NCBI GenBank assembly: GCA_004764695.1
Contig: SMSO01000032.1
Span: forward strand, 6,418,483 to 6,482,482
Length of the DNA: 64,000 bases
Direction of reading: 5' to 3'
DNA from: Schizochytrium sp. TIO01
Taxonomy: Eukaryota; Protista; Bigyra: Labyrinthulomycetes
Part shown: in pieces, positions 43,668 to 55,770 of the stretch
Layout of the letters: each line of letters starts with the position of its first letter
How positions within the stretch are numbered: position 1 is the stretch's first letter
Notes under the pieces: model-generated
The model's input: only the letters and a program-made list of their open reading frames with translations
Told to the model about the DNA's origin: nothing
Databases searched by the model: none
Made by a program: the position numbers and the translations under genes

Positions 43668-44413
43668 CATTAAAAAATAATCTATATGGACAAGTTGAAG
43701 ATTGCAAAGTAAGAACTCGAGAAGGCTGGCGCCTGGTTAACGCAGGCTAATGTAGAGTGAGTCGATTTAGGCAAACCTCGCTGGAGCTCTGTGCGTTAGG
43801 CAGTATGAAAAAATCCTGTATTTTAATAAGGTATCAGGTCTCGCGAGGGCGATTTAATTTTGCAGCGACGGTTTTTAACTTTCTCACAGGTCCGTCCACC
43901 TTGAGTTTTGCCTTTTCAAGTCGTTCCTTCGTGAGAAAAGAAAGAAAAGCTGTCTTTTGAAGAAATGATTTCGATTTTACCTACCTACTACTACTACCTA
44001 TAGCTAGCCAGGTAGCTAGGAGCTGTATTATTATTAATATGGTTCTGAGGTCTCTTTCGTTTCTTTTCTTTTCTTTTCTTCTCTTTTCCTCTCTGTTTTC
44101 TCAGCGCCTTCAGGAACCCTCACGATGAATAGACGAGTATCGTCGTGGCTCTCCGCTTCGCTTTGGTCAGAGTCGAAGGCGTGCGGAGCCATTTCTTTCT
44201 TCGAGAGCTGCTGCTGCGTTTGTTCCTTTGTTTCAATTGGGGCTTTCCTTCGGTTTAGTTCGACGAGCACGGGCAAGTTCAGGTTATCTTCAGGTTGTCT
44301 TCTGAAGGCGATTTAGGCAATTTGGGCAATTTGGTTGTTCTCGTTGTTCTGGTGTTTGGGGCCATAGCTTTCTGCCTAAGGCTCGGCTAGAGCGCTTCAT
44401 GCCGAGGGTTCCG

Positions 44414-44671
44414 AAGTGCGGAGAGTGCCTATAGACTTCTGCTGGGACCGATGCCAAGTGTATGCGCTAGCTCAGGCAGGTTCTTCGAACTATGGATGAC
44501 GTTTCATTCAATGACACTTGGATTGAAAGCTCTGCAGCGGCTGAGGCAGACGTCTTCAGGACTGCGAATAGTCAATGACAGGTTCTTTGGCAAAATTGAA
44601 TCAATCACCTGGTTCGTCGTGGTATGGATGGCTTCGGAACAAACCAGGATAAATTGAGCGAGTGGGGATAG
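44414..44671 (+). pseudogene. Possible decayed annexin-repeat fragment
   Basis: One stop-interrupted frame reads AGTDAKCM (44441) and LVRRGMDGFGTNQDKLSE (44609-44662), resembling the annexin motif (L/V)xxAMxGxGTDExxLxE. Confidence 0.3.
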
Positions 44672-46221
44672 ACGCGAGGAAACATCTTGCCTTCGCGCAC
44701 TTGGACCTTCCCTAGACCCGTTGAAATGCAAGCTTGAACACATTTGGATGGCGTGACTTGACCTTTTCGCCTTGGATCTCGCCCAGGAAGTTTGCAAGTT
44801 GGATGTAATTGTTTTATATACATGCACGCTCTCAATCTAAAAGCTTGTGAAGAAGGACGACTCTTGATGCGCAGTACCCGACTAAGGACCTTCACTGCTG
44901 CCAAAGTTTCCCCAGGTACTCCTGACTTCGCACGAATCCAAGTCCGTTTCGCAAAAAAAAAAAAATCTACATCGATTTAGACTCCAATGCGAGTATCGTT
45001 TTCGCAAACACTCATTACGCTACTAAAACCTCAGCACTTCAATGCGTTAGCTATACATCAGTACATCAGCATGATCGAAGACTCATTCTTAGAGATGCAC
45101 CAGCGACAATTGCTATTTTTAATATCGCTCTGCCTCGCGATGTTCTCAATTTGGCAAAGTTTTTCGCGATATACTTCTGAGACCTGAGAAGTGCAAAAAC
45201 CATTTGATAGGTCAGCATGTACGATGGCATATTTTATTGTTCTGCCTACGCTCAAAGTTGTGCACAATGTTCAAGTTCACAGTGACGTCGGCAACGATTT
45301 CCTCCTGCTCAAGAAGGACTTAGACAAGTTCGAGCGAAGCCTCCTCGTTCCCGACCTTCCCACGTCGGACTCCAATCGCAACGAAGATCATATCCAGAAC
45401 TATCACGGAACCACGTCGGACCAAGAATAGAATATCTGTTCTGTTCCTTTTTTAAATGAACACGGAGAAATCGGGACTCCGGATTAATATTAGAAAGGTT
45501 TGGATTATCCGATTTTCGAGGATATCCTTGCTTTCAGGTTCCTTTTGGTTCGATAATAAATCACTATGTGTGAGTGGAAAAAGAAGAGGTGATGGAAGAA
45601 GGTATTAATAGCTAGCAGAAGAAAGAAAGAAATCCAACGACCGTGCCAACACAACATCAACGGCGTCACCCTTCGCGAGGACGCGACGCAGGTTGGCGCT
45701 TGGAGATCGCACTAGATATTTCCGATATTTCTAGTTTACTGTTTCTTCCCCTGGGTCCCCGCATTCTCCGCAAACTTTGCCTCGTAGGCTCTGCCTGGTG
45801 CATTTTGTGGTTCGAGTGCCTTGTTGTCTTTCTCTTCTGTTCTCTTCATCCTCGTCTTCGTCTTTCGCAAGTCTTTTCGCTGCAGCAGACCAAGGTTGAG
45901 AACAGGATCCTGACTTGAGAGTGGAGAGTCCTCTGTATTACCCTCTTCTTCTTTTCAGAGATCATTTGGCTATCTCGTGCCGCCGCAAAAGTTTGAGAGA
46001 TATTATCTCTTGCCAAATTTTGTTGTGTAGGCTCGTATAATTTGCCGGGAAAATCAACGCAGTAGAGCTCAACAATTCAACGTCAGCACTAGAGATAGCA
46101 CACGCCGGTTGTCTGATATTGAGGTGTAGGAACTCTCTCACTTTGGTAAGGTGGTAAGGTGGTAAAGAGAAAGATCACGAGTGCATCTTTGACGATTTCC
46201 GTTTTCGTTTGACTTGTCAAG

Positions 46222-46571
46222 ATGGATCCGTACATGCACTTGTTGAACCTGCAGCAGCGGAGGCCGCAACAGCAGCAGCAACCTCAACAGCAGCAGCACC
46301 ACCAACAGCAGTTCCAGCACCAGCCCCAGCACCAACAAATGCAGCAAATGCAACAGCATGAGCAACAACATCAGCAGCAGCATTTTCAGCATCAACCATT
46401 CATGAGTCAACAACAACAGCCGCAGCAGCAGCAGCAGCAACAACAACAGCAACAGCAACAACACCACCTGCCACCATCAATCGGGAGCCTATCCACCTTT
46501 CAGGACATTGGTGGGAGCTCAGACCTCACGCGACAGATGTTAATGCAAGGCCATGCCCAACGTCAAATACA

Positions 46572-46602
<31 letters not shown>

Positions 46603-49600
46603 CAACAACAGAACGACCAAGATCAATACGGGATTCAGCAGCAGCAGCAAGATGAGGACGGCCAAATGAATGATGATATGATGGAGGACGACAGCCAATC
46701 AACCCCAAGTGCGACTCAAACTACCCCGTTTAAACCTCAAGCTGGCAAGGATTTTGTACTTACCGATGGAAAGTACCATTGTAAACGCTGTGGGAAGCAA
46801 ATGACAAGTCGGAAGGCAATCAACTATCACTTGAAGAACTTTGTTTGTCTAAAGGTTGAATCTGTCAAGCAAGCAAATCCTCATCTTGTGAGCCTTGCCA
46901 ATACCCTCGCAGGCGGCCGTAATATCACTGGAGGCACTGACGCAGCGCAAATGACTCCTTCCAAATACACTTGCGAAGATTGCGGTAAGGAGCTGGGCAC
47001 TCTTGGTGCACTCAAATATCATCGAAACAATAAGGTCTGTACTAAGCCTACACCTCGTAAGTCCTCCCCATCTCCTGCTGTTGGACAGGCGCAGCAGACA
47101 CCCCCGCCTCCTCACACACCAGGACAACCTTCGAGCTATCTTGGTATGAACACGCCACAACAGCACTCGCAGCGTCAACAACACATGTTCACGCCCTCTA
47201 GCTCAATGGACCAACAAGATCCACGACTGCAGTCCTTTGGAAGTCCTCAGCAAACACCGTATCACGGACAACAACATCAACAGCAGCCGCAGTATCAGTC
47301 TCAGCAGTCTCAGCAACTTGGCAACCAATTTTCTTACCAAGGTCAGCCATTTCAGCAGTCACGGCAACCTCAATATCATCACCAGCAACAACAACAACAG
47401 CAGCAACTGCCGTATCATCAACAGCAGCAACAACAGCAAGACTTTTACTCACGGATGCAACAAGTTCAAGCTGAGGCCCAGGCACGCGCGCAAGCCCAGG
47501 CCCAAGCTCAGGCTCAAGCTCAGGCCCAGGCCCAGGCACGCGCCCAGCAGCAGTTCCAGCAGCAACAACAGCAGGAGTATCAACTTCAACAATATCAACA
47601 GCAACAATACCGTCAGCAACAACAACAACAACAACAGTATGATCCACAGCAACACGCTAGCATGTTGGCACAACGTTACCCTAACAGCGCTATCCACTCG
47701 CAGGGCCATGTTGCCCAGATGCAACACGCACGCCAACAAGTGGACTCAAGAAGACCGCCAATGCGAATTCCTGCGAAGGTGCCATCGCGACGCGTAGTAA
47801 CCTACCGCAACCCGCCTCGTACTAGGGATCAAGACATTGTTGAATTCTACACTTGGGACTCTAGCTCTGCTGCAGAAGTCCCCCCTGTACTGTCTTCTTG
47901 GGCTGTTTCCAACGATCTCAAGGCTCTACCTGACGATGAGCGTCAAGCAGCTTGGCGTAAAATTCGCGAAAAGGGCCATACTTTCCAGGTCTTAGTGGAT
48001 GGCCTTGACTTTGATTATACTGATGTGAATAATGATGCTTGCACCAAGGTGTGCCAATCTGCGCATGCAGGGCTTGGTGTCAATCTTCGCCCTCTAAAGT
48101 CTGTGACAAAGAGTGATGTTTTTTCCGCTCTTGGTCAACAGCGCACAAACGATGTTTGGATTAATGTGGGTGGCCGTGTCACGGCTATGGACTACTGTCC
48201 GTCACCAGGCCCGAAGGCCTCAAGCAGCTCTTTGTTAGCTGTCGGCCTTGCCGAGTCTTACGAGTCGCTTGATGTTATCTCTACAGGTAGCACGACACAG
48301 GAGTCCAACGTGATTCAGTTTTGGAACCTTCGAAGCGTGGGAGCTGCGAGCCTCGCTTTTGGCATTCGCCTCAAAGAAGCTGGTTCTGTAGTTACTTTGA
48401 AGTGGTGTCCAGCCCAGCGTACAAGTAAACCTGTAGACAAAGAGCGCCAAGGGCTGCTTGCGGTTGCTACTGCTTCTGGATCAGTCATGATCCTTGCTGT
48501 GCCTCGACCTGCGCCTATGGGAAGTCAAGACCAGGCGCAGTCTCCTGTAAAGGTGTACGAAGCAGAGTCATTGACCGTGTTTTCTCATAGTTTTGTTGAC
48601 CCATCTGCTTCTATAAAAGCAACCTGTACCTGCCTTGGATGGTCTGCCCAGGAACCTTGGGAAACACTTCTTTGTGGTCTCTCCGACGGCTCAGTCGCCG
48701 TCTGGGACTTGGCTGGTATTAGCTTGGAGAATATTCCGGCTGATGCTCACCAGCGTCTTGTACCCCCCGCTAGCGAAATGGGACTTATGGATGATGGACC
48801 TGCAAAGACGGCGGCTGCTCGAGGCATCATTGACCTTGCCTGTAGCAGTGAGAATGACAACATGGTCGTGACAATCTCGCGCGATCGCATGGTGCGTGTT
48901 TGGGATATTCGCCTTCCTCACCAGCCAGTTGTTGAAAAGGTTATTCAAAATTCAGGCAATTTGCAAACTGTGGGATGGCCAGCTAATGCTGATTATATTG
49001 TTATTGGAGATGATGTTGGTCACGTCACGTTTCTGTCGTTACAGGACGGCATGACACGCAAGGTACGTGTACACCGCGATGCCGTAACTGCTGCAGCTGT
49101 AAACACTCGCTTGCACCCTACGCTACTCGCTTCGTGCAGTGTGGATGGTATTGTACGTAGCTGGGTGTTGCCTGCCCGTGTCCGGACAGACTTAAATGAT
49201 GTGCAAGCTTTGGATGCGATAAGTTCCAACGACAAGCTTATTTACATGTGTACTGCAGCCGCACTTCGACCTGGAAATGCTGTTCCTTCGTCAGAACTCA
49301 CAATCAGCCTCGTGGACCCCACTGACAAGGAAGCAAAGCCTCGCTTTGCTGTTGTGGCGTCCAATGAGGATATTGTTGTACCATCTCGCCAATATCGTTT
49401 CACTCCAGAGTATGTGATTAAGAATGTCGCACTCCTGGAAAGCCGCTTACCTTCTGAGATCAGTTTCTCTGCTGTCGCCTGGGGCGCCTCTTTCGAGCCG
49501 TCGGGCGAAGATGCTGTTATGCGAGAATGGCTTGCCATGGCAACACGCGCCGGCTTAGTGCGCTGCAAATTAACTAATTTGCCCCGTGTACCGATTGCCT

Positions 49601-49686
49601 GGCCCCATGATCGGCCGGCCCCGAATGTGCCGTATCCTCAATTTATTGTTGACCAGTATCAACGCGTGGAGGGAGTTAAGATTTAA
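46222..49686 (+). CDS. PolyQ / C2HC zinc-finger / WD40 protein resembling RNA polymerase III factor TFIIIC subunit GTF3C2/Tfc6
   Basis: N-terminal polyQ and QA repeats. Two CxxC..YH....C fingers. C-terminal WD40 propeller opening with WINVGGRVTAMDYCP, with LKWCP..GLLAVATASGSV, typical of Tfc6/GTF3C2-like proteins. Confidence 0.7.
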
Positions 49687-50440
49687 GATACCCAAGATAA
49701 TGAGTCTTATTTTGCCAAATCTACATTTAGGACATAATTTTGATGAGTTAGTTTTATTACCTGGCGAAGAAGCCGCCTCCATCAATGTTATCATGACCAG
49801 TATACACTTATCAGAAAGATTAATCATACCTTGATTAAGTACGCCTTGCCCCTCGATTCTTCTATACTCAGCATCAACAGTTTATCTTGCTGTGATTTGT
49901 ACTTGTCGTATCATCTGCCTTTGATTAGGGGAAATTGCCTTCACTGAACATCTGATCTTTATTGCATTGTTGTCTTGTCTTTTGTAAATTCTTATATAAA
50001 TATATTTTTTTATATTTTATATTTTAAACTAAACAATAAATCAATCGTTGCCATCCATTGTTTCTCACTCATGAAAGCAATTCACAGCTCTCCTTGTACT
50101 TAGGAAGCAAGTATGTTTCCCCCCAGTGCATACTAGAGCATAGACTTATCTATGTCTAACTTTCCAGGAACAACTTTTCCAAACTAACGAACAAACAATG
50201 TCACTAAAATAGGAATTAGCTTTATTCAAAAGGAAAACAAGAAACAGAACAAAAAAGATCAGAAGTACTTTAGTAATAGGAAAGAAATTCCAATTGTTTT
50301 TTATGGTCTTTAATAAGGAGAAGTAGAGTCTCTGACACATTTTTATATGTTTTTGGGATTTTGAATCAAAAAATACGCTATTAATCGTACAACTAACTTA
50401 ACCGTACCTCCAATTAAGTACTTGTGGTGTAGTGTTATGG

Positions 50441-53404
50441 TTATTGTGCCACGGTCCGTTTCAAACGCATACGGGCAGAACGACTAAACTCATCCAAAAT
50501 CCCGCGAAATTCTAAAAAGTCTCGCGTTGATTCCTTCAGATCCCTCACACATTGGGTAGCCAAGTCACTGGAGACATGCGGGCAGTTTTCGCGCAATGCA
50601 TGCGAGATACTGTTAGCAAATGCATCTGAATCTGCATCAGGAAGATACTTCAAAAACTGTGCAACAGTATACAGTGTCGAGGCGAGAGAACCTTCAGAGC
50701 TTGAATCGATCATTGAGACAGGAGACGCTCCAGCAATACCAGCGACCAAGTGATTGACCAAGGTTTGACCGTGCTCCGCAAAACATGAACGGATCACGGG
50801 TAATACATGTTCACATAGGTCAGGGTACTTTGGGTTTGGGACAGCATGATCGATTGCCACATCCAAAAAAAGTAGCAATGACCGAGCAGCTTCACGGTGC
50901 GGTGTCAATACACCGGCAGCACCACAAGCAAACACGGACGGAAAGAAAGATGATTGAATTACTTCCTCAGGCATCGCTCCCACGTTTCGATCCATTGTGA
51001 TGAAAAAATCCTCTACGATATCAGGATTTGCATCCAGAGCCTCTTGGTTAGTGAGAATCTGGAACACAATCCTTGTGAGCTCCGCCAAGACAGCCAAATA
51101 ATCATTGATGTGAGAACGGTCCTTTGACCCAAAACGCGCGGTTGCAATGCCCGCAGCGTAGATAAAGGGACTTAATGCAGACTCTTGAAAACAGCGAACC
51201 ATCAGCGTCATGAAGTCGGCCAAGTATGGCTTGAAATCGTCTTCGAATTCTCTAATGCACCATTTGTAAAGTCCAGAGAGACACTCCACCACCTTGTTCG
51301 ATTTGCACATTCCCTCGGTTATGACGCGGAGGCTAGGCCAAGCCTCTGCAAATATCACCGCACCTGGATGCTGGATGCGATTAGAGTTATCTCCTCTCCA
51401 ACCAAACCGAATAAAAAGTTCAATAGTGTTCACCGCGAGAGCGATATCAGATTCATTCAGCTGCGCTGTGCCAGCCTGCTGATTGCGCTGTGCCTCGATA
51501 ATTGCTGCATTATGTCGTAGCAACTGAATTGCAGGGCCAGTGACATGTTTCATTGCCTCAAGAGTCTCCTCATAGGGCTTGTGTTGAATAATCAGAGCGA
51601 CCGCTTCAAGAAGATCGAGGCGATATACATTAGGAATATCCACATCCGACGTAAACGCAACATTGAACAATTTTAAAGCAGCAAACATGAGCTCCCCACA
51701 GCACACGTCAGCAATGTGCCGAACTGCCTCAGCAACGGTCTTACTGAGATTTGGCATATTCATTATCGTCTCAAGCTCAAAATTAATCACGGCTTCAATC
51801 TTTTGAGGGTTGTACTGTAAGAAATGAGCATACCGGCCAAAAAAGCAGCATATTGTCTCTCTCAGTAAGACAGACTCCGTCGGAACATTGAGACAAACTT
51901 GTACGATGTAATCCAGCACAACTGGAGCAGCTGAATCGGACGATGCCATTGTAAACCTATGGGCGATTGGCACGGCCGCGTTGATCAGCGCCTCAATGCG
52001 CTGCCAAGATCGCCCTTGTTGATTGCGTAATGCGTCGAGGGCTTGATCAAGTTGACTTTTTATGAGCGTTAAAACCACTGAGTGACCTAGAAGAGAGTCA
52101 CAGTGGTCAATCAGCGCTTCGATGTCTTCACGATTGGCAATAATTTCGTCATTAAAATCTCGACTGGTAGCTTGTGTAGCGTTTGGGAAATCGTCTGGGA
52201 GTTCTAGGTGACGAAAACCACATTGGACCAATTCATGAATGTATGGTGTGAGAAGAGTACGCCGGACTTCGAACTCTGTGCCCTCATTCCCATGGCGCCT
52301 GTTCATGCATCTGATCACTTTCTCCCAGGAGTACCACGAGTCCATAGCGACCTCCATTGAAGAGTGGCGTGGCCCTGCTAGTGCAAGCTGCAATAGCTTT
52401 TCAATTTCTTGGTCCTCAGCCCCACCTGGAGGGCGCTTTAAGATCTCGGGCAGGTATGCACGTGCTGTGTGCGAGAAGATTTTCACAAGATTCGTGCACA
52501 TCTCATCATCATCCTCCTGCGCTGCTCGGGAGTAAAGTTGTGCCAAAGCAAAGATTTTCGGGGCAATGGTGCTCATAACTGCTACAGCACCATCGCTACG
52601 AAAATCAGTATACATGTACAACATCTCTACAATGACCCGAGCGGCACTGTCTAATAGCTCAGTACCTTCTTCAATGATCTGAAATGCTCGATTCACCAAA
52701 TTGCTAGAGGCAAGAACTTCTCCAGGGATCTCAACCTTGCTAATCCATACCTGAAGACAGTCTAGGATCTTCATTTCTACAAATGGATCATTCATGGCTG
52801 ATGCTGCGCAAGAAGTAAGAAATTGCAGCACAGCGGTGCTGCAGCCGTACATTTCCATGTTAAGTCCTGATGACCGCTCCGGTGAAATGAGAAAGACCCG
52901 GGCTTGAAGCTCTTCAGGAATCACTTGTAATATTTCAATTAGACACAAAGAGGATTCAGGTACTGCTGTACCATCTGTACCTCCTTGGCTGCCTAGACGT
53001 GACGCCAAATCCATGATCGGGTTTTCCCATTCCTCCATCTGGATGGCTAGTGCAGCAAGTGCAAGTGCAAGCTGCGTTGTTACTACACGCTTGCGTTTAC
53101 GATCTCCAAAATGCCTTGTGAGGTGCTGCAAGAGCTTTTCACGGAGTTCTGCACGAGAGGACCGGGCTACTTGATCCATGAAATCATACTTGAGTTTGGA
53201 GTGAAAGGTTTTGGCTGCTAGAAACTGCACCTCGACGCTGACGACTTCGTCAGGCTGCGATAGAATAGTGTCCACTACAGCCCATGCTTCCGGTTTCTTT
53301 TGAAACTCGATAATCCACTTGTCTGCTTCACGCTGTCGCTCAGGGTCCTTGGAGCTCAGCATTGCTTCGCAAGCGCTCGTGAAAGTAGTGACGAGCTGCT
53401 CCAT
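50441..53404 (-). CDS. TNPO3: Transportin-SR / Mtr10 / MOS14-like importin-beta (987 aa)
   Basis: Importin-beta N-terminus (EADKWIIEFQKKPEAW..VQFLAAKTFHSKLKYDF, TQLALALAALAIQM, LIEILQVIPEE), HEAT-like helices and NPDIVEDFF. Importin-13 cannot be fully excluded. Confidence 0.85.
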   Translation of the reverse strand: MEQLVTTFTSACEAMLSSKDPERQREADKWIIEFQKKPEAWAVVDTILSQPDEVVSVEVQFLAAKTFHSKLKYDFMDQVARSSRAELREKLLQHLTRHFGDRKRKRVVTTQLALALAALAIQMEEWENPIMDLASRLGSQGGTDGTAVPESSLCLIEILQVIPEELQARVFLISPERSSGLNMEMYGCSTAVLQFLTSCAASAMNDPFVEMKILDCLQVWISKVEIPGEVLASSNLVNRAFQIIEEGTELLDSAARVIVEMLYMYTDFRSDGAVAVMSTIAPKIFALAQLYSRAAQEDDDEMCTNLVKIFSHTARAYLPEILKRPPGGAEDQEIEKLLQLALAGPRHSSMEVAMDSWYSWEKVIRCMNRRHGNEGTEFEVRRTLLTPYIHELVQCGFRHLELPDDFPNATQATSRDFNDEIIANREDIEALIDHCDSLLGHSVVLTLIKSQLDQALDALRNQQGRSWQRIEALINAAVPIAHRFTMASSDSAAPVVLDYIVQVCLNVPTESVLLRETICCFFGRYAHFLQYNPQKIEAVINFELETIMNMPNLSKTVAEAVRHIADVCCGELMFAALKLFNVAFTSDVDIPNVYRLDLLEAVALIIQHKPYEETLEAMKHVTGPAIQLLRHNAAIIEAQRNQQAGTAQLNESDIALAVNTIELFIRFGWRGDNSNRIQHPGAVIFAEAWPSLRVITEGMCKSNKVVECLSGLYKWCIREFEDDFKPYLADFMTLMVRCFQESALSPFIYAAGIATARFGSKDRSHINDYLAVLAELTRIVFQILTNQEALDANPDIVEDFFITMDRNVGAMPEEVIQSSFFPSVFACGAAGVLTPHREAARSLLLFLDVAIDHAVPNPKYPDLCEHVLPVIRSCFAEHGQTLVNHLVAGIAGASPVSMIDSSSEGSLASTLYTVAQFLKYLPDADSDAFANSISHALRENCPHVSSDLATQCVRDLKESTRDFLEFRGILDEFSRSARMRLKRTVAQ

Positions 53405-54390
53405 GGTGCCGATTGGATTACTTCAAGAAGCAACCACGAAAGCAGTTAAATATTTGCAAAGTAGTTGCACAAACTACTACTACAGGGTATTCTTGCACTC
53501 CAGCCAAGTCAGCCCAACAACCTGGCGCTGCCTTGCTTACTCCACTAGAGAAGTATGCTTCACAGCATCCGTGCTCCCGCCGTTTTCGCATGCCCTTCTT
53601 TGCTTATAATAATATTACATACTTCAGCATAGTACCTAGTAGGAAATATTAGGCCTTACATTGCACTAGGGTGAGATTAATTGGGATTATGACCACAGAA
53701 ACCTCCGTTTTATAATCACATGCGTCGTTACACTGGATAAATTCGGAACGCATCGTTGCATGCTAAATCGAGGACATAGAATGATATAGAAGATCTTATG
53801 ATACACGATATAATACCGGGGGCGCATTAATTTGCAAATTAATCTAGAAGCTTGGGACCAGTGTATGATGGGGAGAGACACATGTGCGCTTTAGGTGGCA
53901 AGCATCATATATGAAAAAGGAGAATAATTTATTTTAGTAACCATAACGCATCGCTTCTGAACACGGGGGGACTCCAAAGTAAGCATGCATGCAGAACGAA
54001 CAAAGAAACAAGTATATGTTATTCAATCAACAATGATCTTTGCAATATTCCTGTTTTTTAAGGACTCCGAAAACCATCCACCTAGTTGCCCTGAAGATGT
54101 CTAGATGAACATTAACATCGTTGATGACCGCATATCTATGATTTAAAGAAGTATCTATAAGGAAGATTTTCGAATCAACGCACTTTTCTAATGCATCGAT
54201 GACCTCTTCTAGTGGCAGAACTTGTTTCTACGTTCTGTAAGAGCAAGCTAAAACGCCGGTTAGAGCATGAGGTTGGACCAACATTAATGGATTCTTCAAG
54301 AATGTGCTGAGAAATATGTAGGTCCTAATCTCCGTATGCTGCCCTTGTCATTATAGACTAGAAAACCAAGTAATGCCATGAATGCGGCTC

Positions 54391-55770
54391 CTATTGTAGG
54401 CGGATAAACCCACCTGTAGAAGACGGTTGACGCGAGGTCTCAGCTCCCTCAAGCTCCCGCCAGTATCTGCCACTTGCGTCTGGGGGAAAATGAAGATTAA
54501 ACGTATGGTCAAGAAATTGTGGTCGCTGCTCAAGAAGCCGTCGATTGTCTGGCTTGTAGTTACACTCAAGCAAAAGTGGCTGTACGACCCCGTTACCCCG
54601 TTCTTCAAGTAAAATATCGATGCCATACACTGCTCGAACTTTATCATGTGGTATAATTCCCATCCGTTCGCCTGCCTCTCCAAGATATCCTCCACAAGCT
54701 GTATGGAAAAGCTCGAGAATGAGATTATGGCAATCAGCAATGATGGTTTCTACGTTGAGATCGGGACGATTTTCCTCAAGCCAACGAATGGCATCCTCTG
54801 TTCTAGGGAAGTCGTCTCCAGGCATTTCCAAGGGGCCTGCAAATCTCGGGTCACGAAAAAGATACTGTACAACGGTAAGATGCTGCAATTGATCCTCGAA
54901 ATCAAGTTTGTACTCTTTCAATGCACGACGAACAACAAAGTAGTCATAGACGAAGAGCTCGAGTGGCTCTGAGCTACGAACAGCTATGACAAATCGCAAG
55001 TCAAATTTGTGCTGCTTAAGAAGCACTGGACGGGAGACATACCGGCATGCCACACAGACATTGCCACCAGAGTTAAGAATGTTGTATATTGCAGCCAAAA
55101 GAACATTGAGCTCTGCAGAGACAACAATGCCTCGACTGCGAGCTTCAGAAGCAGGCTTAATAATCCAAGGAGCACCTCTATCTCGAAGAAAAGCGCCAAG
55201 AAACGGGAGAAAATTGTTGCGTAGACTGCCACTTTCTCCTGACTCTTTACAAATTCGATATGACTCTGGAAACCATGGAACACGACCATGAGTATCGTCA
55301 ATCATTGTAGCCAAGGCATCCTTGCAGGTGAGCCAGTTCTCACAGGAACCATAGGAATGGCCCAACAAAACCCTTCCAAAGGGATCTTTGTCCAGCCGAG
55401 TAAACCTATGTTCTGAGTCCCAAAGCACTACCGCAACATCTTTGCGAGCACGAGGTAGACTTGATACAACTCGAAATCGCTCACTCTGAAAGCAGCGTGC
55501 GAACCAGTCCAACCTGTCCGTGTCTATAACAATGTCCGCATCTTGCAAAAAGATAGGATCTCGCTCTTTTGCAGTTTCTGTCGTCACTGACTCTGTTGCT
55601 TTCCCAATGAGCTTGCGCTCCTCTAGAAACTCCTCGTACGAGCTCAACGCGCTTTGCGCCACAAGATGTACTCCTAACACTTGAGCACAAGGCGCACAGT
55701 CTGGTAGAAGCTTTAGGAAGTCATCCAGCGTCAGCTCATCAACGTTCACGTGGACCTGCTTGGAAGCCAT
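54391..55770 (-). CDS. Tubulin-tyrosine-ligase-like protein, TTLL12-like ATP-grasp domain (~459 aa)
   Basis: CENWLTCKDALA, WIIKPASEARSRGI, RYVSRPVLL..KFDLRF, RAVYGIDILL, PLLLECNYKPD. First ATG is 55770. Confidence 0.85.
   Translation of the reverse strand: MASKQVHVNVDELTLDDFLKLLPDCAPCAQVLGVHLVAQSALSSYEEFLEERKLIGKATESVTTETAKERDPIFLQDADIVIDTDRLDWFARCFQSERFRVVSSLPRARKDVAVVLWDSEHRFTRLDKDPFGRVLLGHSYGSCENWLTCKDALATMIDDTHGRVPWFPESYRICKESGESGSLRNNFLPFLGAFLRDRGAPWIIKPASEARSRGIVVSAELNVLLAAIYNILNSGGNVCVACRYVSRPVLLKQHKFDLRFVIAVRSSEPLELFVYDYFVVRRALKEYKLDFEDQLQHLTVVQYLFRDPRFAGPLEMPGDDFPRTEDAIRWLEENRPDLNVETIIADCHNLILELFHTACGGYLGEAGERMGIIPHDKVRAVYGIDILLEERGNGVVQPLLLECNYKPDNRRLLEQRPQFLDHTFNLHFPPDASGRYWRELEGAETSRQPSSTGGFIRLQ

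Noticed and set aside
46138-47797. Poly-Leu, poly-Val and poly-Asn/Ser ORFs
   Set aside because: Alternative frames of the polyQ coding tracts.
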